Virus record (IMG/VR): IMGVR_UViG_3300031994_000067
Location: 1 to 64,000 of that record
Direction: 5' to 3' (one strand)
DNA: 64,000 nt
From: a virus
Taxonomy: Duplodnaviria; Caudoviricetes
Both the position numbers and the translations under genes were made by a program. The notes beneath the pieces are model-generated. The model made no database searches. It was not told where the DNA came from and saw only the letters and a program-made list of their open reading frames with translations. Of this stretch, positions 28,064-37,266 are shown one piece after another. Within the stretch, counting starts at the first letter, position 1. Every line of letters starts with the position of its first letter.

Positions 28064-30079
28064 ATGAAAGTGATTGACCGAGAACTCAGTTGGTTAAGTT
28101 TTAACTACAGATGTTTGGATAATGCGGCAAGAAGTAACAATCCTTTGCTCGAACGTCTGAACTTCTTGGGAATAACAGATTCCAACTTGAGTGAATTCAT
28201 CTCGGTCAGATTTTCTTATGTACTCGGAGGGTTTCTGAGTAACAAGAAGATTCTGGATGACTTGGGTAAAAAGAACTTTGAAAAGAAGTACGAAAACCTG
28301 TTAGAAGGAATCCTCGAGTTCAAAAATGAACAGTATGTCGTATATCGGTCATTGATGAAAAGTTTGAAAGAAGAACTTGGAGTCGTACTGATAGACGATT
28401 ATGACGAACTTCCGAGTAAACACAAGAAATTCTGCGAGAAATATTTCGAAGAAAACGTTCTACCGCTGTTGACGCCAGTGGCATACGATTCGACCAAAGA
28501 ACTTCCCGTGTTGGCTGATGACGAGTTGCACTTCTTGATTCAAGTTTCTGATAAGAAGAAGTCGGCAATCTGTCTTATGGCTGTTCCGAAACAAGTCGAA
28601 CGGGTCGTGCAACTCAGCGATAAAAAGTTCGTTCTGGTCGAAGAACTCATCGGTCACAACATCCATCGACTTTTCGTTGGGAAACATATAGAGGGATTCG
28701 TTCAATTCAAGACCTATCGTTATATTTCGAATATCGAGATTGACGAAGAAGAATTTATCTTGGATAAGGTTAAGCGTTACCTGACTGAACGAGACCTCTC
28801 GAACAACGCGGTGTTTCTCGATGTAAGAGCGTCCAAGAAAGACCAAGACTTAGTCAAGGTTTTATATAAACTCATGGACGTTTACAAGAGACACATTTTC
28901 GTCACACCTCGACCGTTACTTCTGAACTTCCTGAGTTCGCGGTTTTATGAAGACCCGAAATATCAATACAAACCGTTTAAGCCTCAGGAAGTCAATGAAG
29001 TCATCGGCGACAGAGGTATCATGAAATACCTTCAGAAAGAGGATCTGCTTATTCATCATCCGTACGAGTCCTTCGAAACGATTATCGACCTAATCAGGGA
29101 AGCTGCGGAAGATTCGGAAGTCATTTCGATTAAGCAGACTCTTTATCGTGTTTCGTCTAATCACTCTGCATTGATAAAAGAGTTGTGCAAAGCGTCACAA
29201 AATGGCAAGAACGTCGTAGTGATGTTGGAGTTAAAAGCACGATTCAGTGAGAAGAAAAATATCTCGCTTATTGAAACTCTCAAATCTGCCGGGGTGACAA
29301 TCGTCTATGGTTTCACAAATTTGAAGGTTCATTCCAAACTTCTGATAATCATGAAGAAGACGAAAAAAGAACTTCGCATTTTCTCTCACATTGGCACAGG
29401 AAATTATAATGAAGAGACCGCGAAGATTTACACAGACATTTCGTTCTTAACTTCGAACAAGAAGATTGGAAAAGAACTGAACGATTTATTCAACATGATT
29501 TCGGGGTTTTCAGCGCCTGGAAAAACAGAGCACATTTATTACTCCCCGAAGGGAATTCGTTCACAATTGTGCAAACTTATAAAGCGTGAGATCGCACATG
29601 CAAAAGACGGTAACGACGCGCATGTATGGATTAAGGTCAACGCCATCTGCGATAAAGAAATGATTGAAATCATTTACGAAGCCGCGAAAAAAGGTGTCAA
29701 GTTTGACATTATCTGTCGCGGAATCTGTTCGATAGTGGCGACGAAAAACATCAAAATCAAATCGGTTGTCGGTCGGTATCTCGAACATTCCAGGATTTAC
29801 GGGTTTTACAATGATGGAAAACCGACATTGATGATCAGTAGCGCGGACTTGCTTACTCGAAACCTTGACCATCGCGTTGAACTGATGGTTCCAATCAAGG
29901 ATAAGAAATGCAAGAATAAACTCGCGAAAATCTTTGATGTTACATGGGACGACGAAAAAAACAGTTACTGGATGATGAGTGAAGATGGGAAATTTGCCCG
30001 TGCGCACGGCAAGAAGGATTGTCATCAAATGTTTATCGATCACAGTCTGGAATCCCTGAAAGCTCGAAAGAAAAAGTGA
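28064..30079 (+). CDS. ppk1: Polyphosphate kinase 1
   Basis: RELSWLSFN, ERLNFLGI..SNLSEF, HHPYESF, IKQTLYR, ELKARF, KVHSKL, GTGNYNE, GRYLEHSRIY and SADLLTRNLDHRVE; start reassigned to the ATG at 28064. Confidence 0.95.
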   Translation: MKVIDRELSWLSFNYRCLDNAARSNNPLLERLNFLGITDSNLSEFISVRFSYVLGGFLSNKKILDDLGKKNFEKKYENLLEGILEFKNEQYVVYRSLMKSLKEELGVVLIDDYDELPSKHKKFCEKYFEENVLPLLTPVAYDSTKELPVLADDELHFLIQVSDKKKSAICLMAVPKQVERVVQLSDKKFVLVEELIGHNIHRLFVGKHIEGFVQFKTYRYISNIEIDEEEFILDKVKRYLTERDLSNNAVFLDVRASKKDQDLVKVLYKLMDVYKRHIFVTPRPLLLNFLSSRFYEDPKYQYKPFKPQEVNEVIGDRGIMKYLQKEDLLIHHPYESFETIIDLIREAAEDSEVISIKQTLYRVSSNHSALIKELCKASQNGKNVVVMLELKARFSEKKNISLIETLKSAGVTIVYGFTNLKVHSKLLIIMKKTKKELRIFSHIGTGNYNEETAKIYTDISFLTSNKKIGKELNDLFNMISGFSAPGKTEHIYYSPKGIRSQLCKLIKREIAHAKDGNDAHVWIKVNAICDKEMIEIIYEAAKKGVKFDIICRGICSIVATKNIKIKSVVGRYLEHSRIYGFYNDGKPTLMISSADLLTRNLDHRVELMVPIKDKKCKNKLAKIFDVTWDDEKNSYWMMSEDGKFARAHGKKDCHQMFIDHSLESLKARKKK

Positions 30080-30085
30080 CCATAA

Positions 30086-30116
30086 AGGGTTGCGGATACA
30101 AAAAATCCGCAACCCT
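30086..30116. terminator. Bidirectional terminator
   Basis: Stem AGGGTTGCGGAT/ATCCGCAACCCT between convergent genes. Confidence 0.7.
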
Positions 30117-30126
30117 GTTTTTTCTT

Positions 30127-30522
30127 TCATTTTTTCTCATCTTCGGAATCATCTTTCGACTTATGAGCCGAATCCTTGGTGAGAGTTGTATGTAAATTCT
30201 TCAGACCAAGAAGCGTTTTCTTAAGTCCGTTTATTGTACATATTCGGCTGAATAACTCCCAGCCAATAACTCCGAGTATGAATGTGATCGCTATCTCCAA
30301 ATCATCGTTCAAATAACCTCTTGCCGCAAATATTAAAAAGGTGCTGAGAGTTGTTGATACAAAAATTCGTCTAATTTCGATCTTAGGTCTTGTTCCAGAA
30401 ACTGTATCGTATATATCTTTAACAAAAGCACCAATCATAGCTATCAAGAAATATGTTGCACCATCCAGAAAGAATATTGAAGATGTTTGGAGTTTGGCAT
30501 ACAATATTTCCATTAAATTCAC
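30127..30522 (-). CDS. Holin-like small membrane protein
   Basis: 131 aa with three hydrophobic segments and a charged C-tail; last gene of a late operon. Confidence 0.5.
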   Translation of the reverse strand: MNLMEILYAKLQTSSIFFLDGATYFLIAMIGAFVKDIYDTVSGTRPKIEIRRIFVSTTLSTFLIFAARGYLNDDLEIAITFILGVIGWELFSRICTINGLKKTLLGLKNLHTTLTKDSAHKSKDDSEDEKK

Positions 30523-30537
30523 CTACTTTTCGTGATT

Positions 30538-31566
30538 TCATGACTCATTGTCTTCGTCAGATTTGTTATCCGGATTTTCAGTTCCATGAAACACGACATT
30601 ATTGAATATCATCATGAAATACGTGAGTATCACTATCAAAATAACAGCGATTATCACGATAAAAGCATGTTCGATGAGAGACACCTTATTCTCATTAATC
30701 AACTTAGTTCTGAATACGTCAAACTTTTCAAGTTCACCGTAGTGTCTCGACATCAACTGTTCATAGAGATTGAACGTTTGAATCACGACGATCTTGTGAT
30801 TATTCGTCACTGTCCCTCTAACACTAATATCTTCGACTCCAAATATATCACCGGTGTCAGTTATATATGCTGGAGCTAGAAACTGTACATGTTTCAAACC
30901 TCCCACCCCATATTGCATATAAACTTCACGCAATGCATCTATGGAAGGACTCGAAGGCAATCTCGGCAATTTTTCATCAGTGATGTGATACATATGATGT
31001 TCCCAATAAACCATATTTGTGGAATGATTAAACAGCAAAGCCACCGCATTTTTTGACAATGACGGATTTACACTTCTGCTGTAAATCGAACCCCAATCAC
31101 TTTGACTTGAAGCTGTCGATGTAGACAAGTCCATGATTATACCCTTTCTGTTACATACAAAAAGATCGTTTTCATCATTATCGATTCTTTGAAAATAAAC
31201 TCCTTGTATGGACTGCTTAATTATCCTGAGATATTCCGGGTCGTCAATCTCTTGAGGGTGCTCAAATTCATACTTCATAATTTGCATGTCTGGGTATGCC
31301 AATTTAAGTTTCGACATTATATCTTCAGCGACAACTTTAGCCTGATTTCCTGCTGCAAGATAATCTTCGTATATGACCGCTTCGATGAAATTCCATTCCA
31401 GTTCCGCAACGTCTTTACTCACATCGTCTGCATTCTTCATATTGTGTATGAATATGGAGCGGAAGTTTCCAACGAATGCACACAATCCGATTAGAACCAC
31501 TAAAATGAAAAACGGAAATACCATGCGAAGAGTCTTAGAGCTAATTTTCTTTTCCATTTCCTTCAA
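30538..31566 (-). CDS. Two-TM membrane protein with a large extracytoplasmic (Cache-like?) domain
   Basis: N-terminal TM (VFPFFILVVLIGLCAFV), C-terminal TM (AFIVIIAVILIVILTYFMMIF) and a short cytoplasmic tail. Confidence 0.55.
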   Translation of the reverse strand: MKEMEKKISSKTLRMVFPFFILVVLIGLCAFVGNFRSIFIHNMKNADDVSKDVAELEWNFIEAVIYEDYLAAGNQAKVVAEDIMSKLKLAYPDMQIMKYEFEHPQEIDDPEYLRIIKQSIQGVYFQRIDNDENDLFVCNRKGIIMDLSTSTASSQSDWGSIYSRSVNPSLSKNAVALLFNHSTNMVYWEHHMYHITDEKLPRLPSSPSIDALREVYMQYGVGGLKHVQFLAPAYITDTGDIFGVEDISVRGTVTNNHKIVVIQTFNLYEQLMSRHYGELEKFDVFRTKLINENKVSLIEHAFIVIIAVILIVILTYFMMIFNNVVFHGTENPDNKSDEDNES

Positions 31567-31573
31567 CTCGCTT

Positions 31574-32194
31574 TCAGTCAGCGTAATCTCTTAAATCGAT
31601 TTCGTATAGCGAATCCGGACATGTGCAATCAGTAATACTATAAAGCATACTATCCACTATATTAGTGAGAAAGTAATCTCTATCAGTATTATACACCGAT
31701 AATGCTTCATATCCTAAACATAACGCGAGTATTACAGAAGGTATCGACTCTTCCCTCTTCATACCAATATCTTCTTCTTTCGAAATAGATTTTTCAAATA
31801 ATCGCTTTTCCTCTGTGGAATTATCAGTCATCTTGTCCAGCCGATTAACAAGACAACTCGATATCTCAAGAGACATACTTGAATTCTCCATGAAAAATTG
31901 AACTGCCGCCCAGCTATATTCTTTCTCCGGTTTAGTAATAACCCTTGAAGAAATGAATAAATCTGAGCCATACTCACAAGCATCTTTGTATGCTCGGGAG
32001 ATGTCAGGATTGTAAATCGTCTTGATATTCCCGCCCATACTTTTAAGCTTTGCAGTCAGATACTCGAGTATCTCTTGAGAGATGTTTTTGGCGATTACAT
32101 TTTCATCTTCTTCATCATCATGTATCTCGAGCCGATATTCGAATGGAATATCTATGATAATTCGTATGTCATTCAATGAATCTTCAAGTTCCAT
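31574..32194 (-). CDS. Amidase_3-like protein, apparently catalytically degenerate
   Basis: IIIDIP, E...A..I...L, SDLFISS and IPSVIL follow the Amidase_3 layout, but the Zn-ligand His residues and catalytic Glu are replaced. Confidence 0.45.
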   Translation of the reverse strand: MELEDSLNDIRIIIDIPFEYRLEIHDDEEDENVIAKNISQEILEYLTAKLKSMGGNIKTIYNPDISRAYKDACEYGSDLFISSRVITKPEKEYSWAAVQFFMENSSMSLEISSCLVNRLDKMTDNSTEEKRLFEKSISKEEDIGMKREESIPSVILALCLGYEALSVYNTDRDYFLTNIVDSMLYSITDCTCPDSLYEIDLRDYAD

Positions 32195-32296
32195 AACTAA
32201 TCTCCCCTTTCATTGTATTATCAGATTGTCACAAAGCGGCGTCAAGGGTGTGAAACATGAAGTTTCACACCCAATTTATATTCTAGCGAGTTGAAA

Positions 32297-32629
32297 TTAC
32301 TTAAACGTTTCCGAACCGCTTGCAAAAATTCCAACAACATCTGCTTTGGTTGTAGCAACTGCAATACTGTCGCCAGGTTCGAGCACCATGTACCATTCAT
32401 TACCAACCAGCAACGAATCTTTCGGAGCGATTTTTGTATCGATAAACGGAATATCGTTAATGTACAAAATGAATCCGACATCCGAGTTCTTGTCAGAATT
32501 ATGAACCATCAGTTCACGAACAACAGAAGCACCGTGTTTGCCGTCATTAGGAACCGTATAAATAGTGTTTTTAATCGCGGACACAGTTCCGCAGAAAAAC
32601 TTTTTCAGTGATGCGTATTCCATTATCAT
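32297..32629 (-). CDS. Small beta-rich probable virion protein
   Basis: ORF with AAAGGAGG RBS in the late operon. Confidence 0.55.
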   Translation of the reverse strand: MIMEYASLKKFFCGTVSAIKNTIYTVPNDGKHGASVVRELMVHNSDKNSDVGFILYINDIPFIDTKIAPKDSLLVGNEWYMVLEPGDSIAVATTKADVVGIFASGSETFK

Positions 32630-32640
32630 TTCCTCCTTTC

Positions 32641-32961
32641 TTACAGACCAAGTAAACGAGCGACATTGAAGTTATTTGTATTCGCAAGTGCCTCATACTG
32701 GCTATAGAGAATATTGCAGACTTTCCAGTCATCGATGTTAAACTCGCCGGTAATACCGTTATATTTCGCAACGAGAATAGAAGTCGCTCCATTTTCATAA
32801 GTATAAGTAATGCAATCTCCTGCGTTAAAAACCTCGTCTTCATTGTACTGTTTAGGAGGCTCATAATTTCCCCCATAGAGCACAGCCGTTTCAACTTGAT
32901 CGATAGTGAGGTGACGTTTAGTCACATCGGTCTGAATATTTCCCATAGATGTAAGTTTCAT
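32641..32961 (-). CDS. Hypothetical protein, probably virion
   Basis: ORF in the late operon with GGAGGTG RBS. Confidence 0.55.
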   Translation of the reverse strand: MKLTSMGNIQTDVTKRHLTIDQVETAVLYGGNYEPPKQYNEDEVFNAGDCITYTYENGATSILVAKYNGITGEFNIDDWKVCNILYSQYEALANTNNFNVARLLGL

Positions 32962-32967
32962 GATAAT

Positions 32968-33618
32968 TTACACCTCCTGGAACGCGATGAACAATGAATG
33001 CAGAATGATTTTATAATTAACCGCTTCATATTCACTCGGCAATGAGAATGATATCGATTTGATATGGAATTTAGTTTCAACGTCATCTGACAAGAAACCG
33101 ATATAATCAGGTTCAAACACTCTAGTGTTCAAATCCGTCACGGAATTAGTAACAGTAATTACCTTGTCCTCTTCGGTTTCTTCTTTATGAGCGAGACCTA
33201 TAGTCATTTTAACAATCGGGTCAATGTCGAAATTAATCAAACCAGTCTTGTTACTTACAACGTCAACGTCGAAGTAGAACTGGAAGAATTTCAATTTGTT
33301 AGAGGTTATGACAAGAGATTCCGGAGAATAAGATTTATCACTCTCGACCGCAAACGGACCGATATAATCACCGATATCGAGCTTGACAATCTCACCAGAA
33401 CGACCAACTGCCGACAGCGTGTTTTTGAAGTCAAAAAGGCTCTTCTTCAACTTGGAAATGTATTCGTAAGAGATGACTTTATCACTTGAATCTTCCGAGC
33501 CTTCATATGACTTAACTCCGAAAACACCGAGTTTCGAGTCAACCATAATCTCGCCGGGAAGAGCTTCTTTTTGTCTGCTAAATTCAATAGCCCCTACGCC
33601 CCATCTAGCTTTAGACAT
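32968..33618 (-). CDS. Probable virion protein
   Basis: Late promoter AACA-N6-TA at 33646-33657; AGGAAAGGA RBS. Confidence 0.6.
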   Translation of the reverse strand: MSKARWGVGAIEFSRQKEALPGEIMVDSKLGVFGVKSYEGSEDSSDKVISYEYISKLKKSLFDFKNTLSAVGRSGEIVKLDIGDYIGPFAVESDKSYSPESLVITSNKLKFFQFYFDVDVVSNKTGLINFDIDPIVKMTIGLAHKEETEEDKVITVTNSVTDLNTRVFEPDYIGFLSDDVETKFHIKSISFSLPSEYEAVNYKIILHSLFIAFQEV

Positions 33619-33645
33619 AGTTCTTCATTCCTTTCCTGAGTATTT

Positions 33646-33657
33646 TAAATGATTGTT
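33646..33657 (-). promoter_or_regulatory. Putative late/non-virion RNAP promoter NACA-N6-TA (representative copy)
   Basis: ACA-N6-TA shortly upstream of RBSs at 1638, 15988, 16755, 20696, 24606, 26216, 32219, 33646, 36286, 41314, 47355 and 53798. Confidence 0.65.
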
Positions 33658-33709
33658 TACAGGGCTGGATAAACCCAGCCCTGTGTTTTCACGTCAAATA
33701 ATGACAAAA

Positions 33710-35975
33710 TCAGACAAGCATTTTGTCTGGATTGATTTCGTTTAAATGCATTGATGAATCGTGAAAAGATTTCATCCCGAGATTAACGAAGTTCGAACCG
33801 ATTTTTGCTGCAGTAAGACCAACATTTGTAACTCCGAGTCTATATGGTAAATCTCCGAAACATACGTTGCAGATTTTCTCCGATGTACAGAACATCGGAC
33901 TGCGCATATGAACGTGTTTTCCAACGTATGATTTGATCGAAGACGCGGTAAGTTTTACAAGCTTTTTACCTTCCACAATATATCGGTCAATATAATCTTT
34001 GTAATTGCTATCGTCTATTAATAATTCGAGTGTCATTAACGAATGGCAGTCACTGCCTTTTGGACCAAGAACAATGTTTTGGTATTCGGCATAGAACCTC
34101 TTTACTGCATAACCCCCTCATATGTTCCCATAGGTTCGCTACTCCTATAGCGTTCTCTTATGAACTGCTTCGTATCACTACGAAGTTCAGACTATATCAT
34201 CACCTACTAATAGGTGCACCCCGTTTCGCTCCGCTTGGAGCTACTCACTTTCGTGATAGTCGTTGAACCTTATTCGAATATCTCAACACCTTCATCAATA
34301 TATGCGCTGTATTGTACAATAGATTCTTGAGTATCAACTTTCTTCTTCCTTTTATTGTACAACTCAGATGCCGCCCGCTTATTTAATCCCTGTTTCATGA
34401 TAATGTCAATTATTTCTTCCTTATCTTTTTCAGCAACAATCGCTCTATCAATCGAGTTGAAATATGAAGAATAATCCGGACGTTTCTTGTGTTTCGGAAG
34501 TTTCAGAATTTTCTCAAAGTTGTAATCTTGTGACACTTGAATCCATTCCCTACCATCAAGAATGTGCTTAACAGTCGATTTCGAAACGCTAGTTATCTTA
34601 GATATTTCAGAATATGAGTATGATGCTTCTTCGAGCAGACTACACACTTTTCGAATCGTATCTGCCGAGTATTTATTACTCGGATTTTCTTCACCGTCTT
34701 GAATCCTACACAACCCATTATCATGAGCATGTGTGTGTTCTCTTGAGCTGTGCACCATTCAAGATTTCCAATACGGTTGTCGGTTTTGATACAATTCAGA
34801 TGGTTCACTTGGGGAAGATTCTCGGGGTTCGGTATGAATGCTTTCGCAACTAATCTATGTATAGACTTGCAGTATTTCTTACCTTTGTGATGCATTCCTA
34901 CTCTGAGATAACCACGAGTCTCTACGGGTTTTATGGACTCACCAGTTTTGGAATTTCGAACATCGCCTTCGTCCGAAACTTCATAATTGGTCTCTTCACC
35001 ATCTATAATGATGCGCCTATATTCGGCCATAATAATCACCTCAATTAGATGTATTATGACTTGTGTAATGAAGATGTTTGATTCTAATCTTGGCTGCTGA
35101 TTGTCTCTATTAGAGAGTTTCCAGCAATTAGAGGTGTTTTCTTTATCGATCGCTCAATAAAGCCGCACGGGATCTCATACGGCAGTTCCGACTGATTTTG
35201 GATATTGACCAAGTATGACACCATTAGTAAACTCCGGGATGTTCTCCTTACGAAGACCTTCCGAAAAAGAGTTTGGTGCAATTTTATACTTGCCAGTTAC
35301 TGGGTCGAATACTGGTCCTCGAATTATGTTATTGCATTTATAATTATTATCGAAATTTCCACGTGCTCCCGAATCAAACAATTCCATTCCGGGATCACCT
35401 TTAAGCTCTTTCTTTGCTTCCTCTATCAATTCGCTTTCAATTTTAACCGCTTCAATAGCATCGCCTTCAGCGAGTTTATCAGCTTTCTCCTTCAATAACT
35501 TTTCCCGTTTAGCGATAACTCCCTTGAGAGGCACTATGGTTTTTTCTGTAAATGAACCACATACCATGGAATGAAGTGAAAGTATCCATTGAAGACGATT
35601 TTGATATTCAGCGTAATCGTTCAAATCGATTATATCGTTCTTCAATCCGTCGTTAATGTTATTCTCGAATTTTCCGAGAGATTTTTTGTCGAGTGGTGTA
35701 TTCCAGTAATCAGTGACATTTTCAAGCAAGTTTTCCACGATGAATTTATTGAAGATGAATAAGCCGACATTGGTGCGTTTGATATCTTCTCTATTGTGAC
35801 ATTCACCCTTTTTGAGAGAGAATTCATCCGACCAATTAAATCTGGGTTTTTCAATCTTCTTGGTTTCGGGATTATAATGTTGAACGAGATTCTGTTCGAT
35901 GAAATTACGATCTATATCGGTTTGTTTAAGCGAAATCAGAAAAGCTCTATCTTCTTGTGAAAGCATTTTCATCAC
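33710..35975 (-). CDS. RNA polymerase beta'-like C-terminal subunit, spliced: join(35975..35179, 34118..33710), 401 aa; likely virion RNAP
   Basis: Exon 1 has SGARG and EGL. Splicing GCC GT|A GGG GGT TAT restores the bridge-helix motif PKSVGTAVGGYAVKRF, followed by SDC and RSPMFC...C..C...MKSFH. Total 1206 nt is in frame. Confidence 0.88.
34119..35178 (-). mobile_element. Group I intron (IA2), 1060 nt, in the RNAP beta' gene
   Basis: P1 GCCGU/GCGGC with U.G; P AATTGCTGGAAA; Q AATCAGCAGCC; R GTTCAACGACTA; P7.1/P7.2 hairpins; S GATATAGTCT; ends GGAACATATG (omega-G at 34119). Confidence 0.92.
34270..35030 (-). pseudogene. Intron-encoded HNH homing endonuclease (NUMOD4/HNH_3-type), frameshifted
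   Basis: HRLVAKAF...VNHLNCIKTDN...NLEWCT in one frame continues as HAHDNGL...HTH in another; the shift lies in an (AC)n run at about 34730-34738. Confidence 0.8.
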
Positions 35976-36271
35976 TCCACGTCATGTTTGACACGGTCTG
36001 CAACTTCCGCTCTTTTTGCGTCATTAAAACGATCTAATGTGCTCAAATAACCGGTAATTCTCGCGATACGTTCGAACGGTTTATCTTTCGGACGAAAATC
36101 CATATCGATACAACCATTCTGATTCTTAACCAGCTTGATCTCAGCAATCGTATCACCGTTTGAATCTTCGCGGGCAAGTTTAATATACTCACGAATTTCC
36201 GCAGTAGACGGTTCGAAACCTTCAACAATGACATTGACTTCATCGACGACAAGTTCACGCATATTAATCAC
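35972..36271 (-). CDS. Stand-alone NrdD C-terminal (glycyl-radical motif) protein
   Basis: C-terminal half PFERIARITGYL..LDRFNDAKRAEVADRVKH matches the class III RNR radical motif; only 99 aa. Confidence 0.75.
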   Translation of the reverse strand: MINMRELVVDEVNVIVEGFEPSTAEIREYIKLAREDSNGDTIAEIKLVKNQNGCIDMDFRPKDKPFERIARITGYLSTLDRFNDAKRAEVADRVKHDVE

Positions 36272-36359
36272 TCCTTTAATTTAGTTAAAAAGGTGTTGAA
36301 AGACCTAGTGGAATATTCTTTTCCAACCAGGTCTTTCATATTTCAAGAACGATTCTTTG

Positions 36360-37226
36360 TCAATTTGTAAAGATTCTGTAACGGAATGTGATTTCCTTGT
36401 TCTCCAACATCTCGTTGCCGAAATTGAGTTTCGTAACCATTCCAACGTGTGAGTAGTCGTACTTACCGGATTCGTATTCGACTTTGATACCAGTACACAA
36501 AGCGATTGAATTGATTCTCGCTTTCTCAATTTCTCCAAGAAGATTAAAGTACTCACGTACATCTTTTTTGCTCAAGAAGAGATTGATTTCTGCAAAGACT
36601 TCAATGTTACTTTTGATAGTCGTGTTATAAACATCGGCTGTAACTTCAGTTCCATCTTCGTCATCAATACCATCGTCAAAATAAGCCTTGATAACAGGTT
36701 GCGTTTGGAATGCTTTGAGATAGTATGCAGTATTACCTTCTCCCAAATCTTTATGGAAGAAATACTTTTCTTTATCCGAAGCCGAAAGTTCACTCTCTAC
36801 AACACGGAACGGAACCATCTCCGTACTATTACCGTTGCTACCAATTTCACGTTCGAAAAAGTTGACAGCTTTAGTGGAACCGATTGTATCACCGCAACCA
36901 CCAATGCCAACACCCCAAAGACAAATAAAATGATCTTTAGGGATAATATCATCAACAGTGAAAACCGGATTATCGGTCATTATTCCCATTATAGAGTTCA
37001 AATCTTCAATTTGCAGAGATGCACGTACGTTCAAAAGTTTTTCAAGCACATAGATAGATCCGCCCAACACAACGTTGTTTTGTGCTTTGGAGAATAAGAT
37101 GTTCCCAAATTGGTCAACTGCGTCTATAGATGTGCGAAAAGTTTTATTTTGTTTGCCGGCGATAAGATCTTTTTTGATGCCAAGCTTATCATCGAGCTTT
37201 ATAAACTTCTGGTTCATGCTCGTCAC
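36360..37226 (-). CDS. Probable virion (baseplate/tail) protein
   Basis: Long ORF downstream of the 1338-aa gene in a late operon. Confidence 0.55.
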   Translation of the reverse strand: MTSMNQKFIKLDDKLGIKKDLIAGKQNKTFRTSIDAVDQFGNILFSKAQNNVVLGGSIYVLEKLLNVRASLQIEDLNSIMGIMTDNPVFTVDDIIPKDHFICLWGVGIGGCGDTIGSTKAVNFFEREIGSNGNSTEMVPFRVVESELSASDKEKYFFHKDLGEGNTAYYLKAFQTQPVIKAYFDDGIDDEDGTEVTADVYNTTIKSNIEVFAEINLFLSKKDVREYFNLLGEIEKARINSIALCTGIKVEYESGKYDYSHVGMVTKLNFGNEMLENKEITFRYRIFTN

Positions 37227-37266
37227 CCATTCCTTTCTTTCGCGTAATTTTAAGATTATGTCTTAC

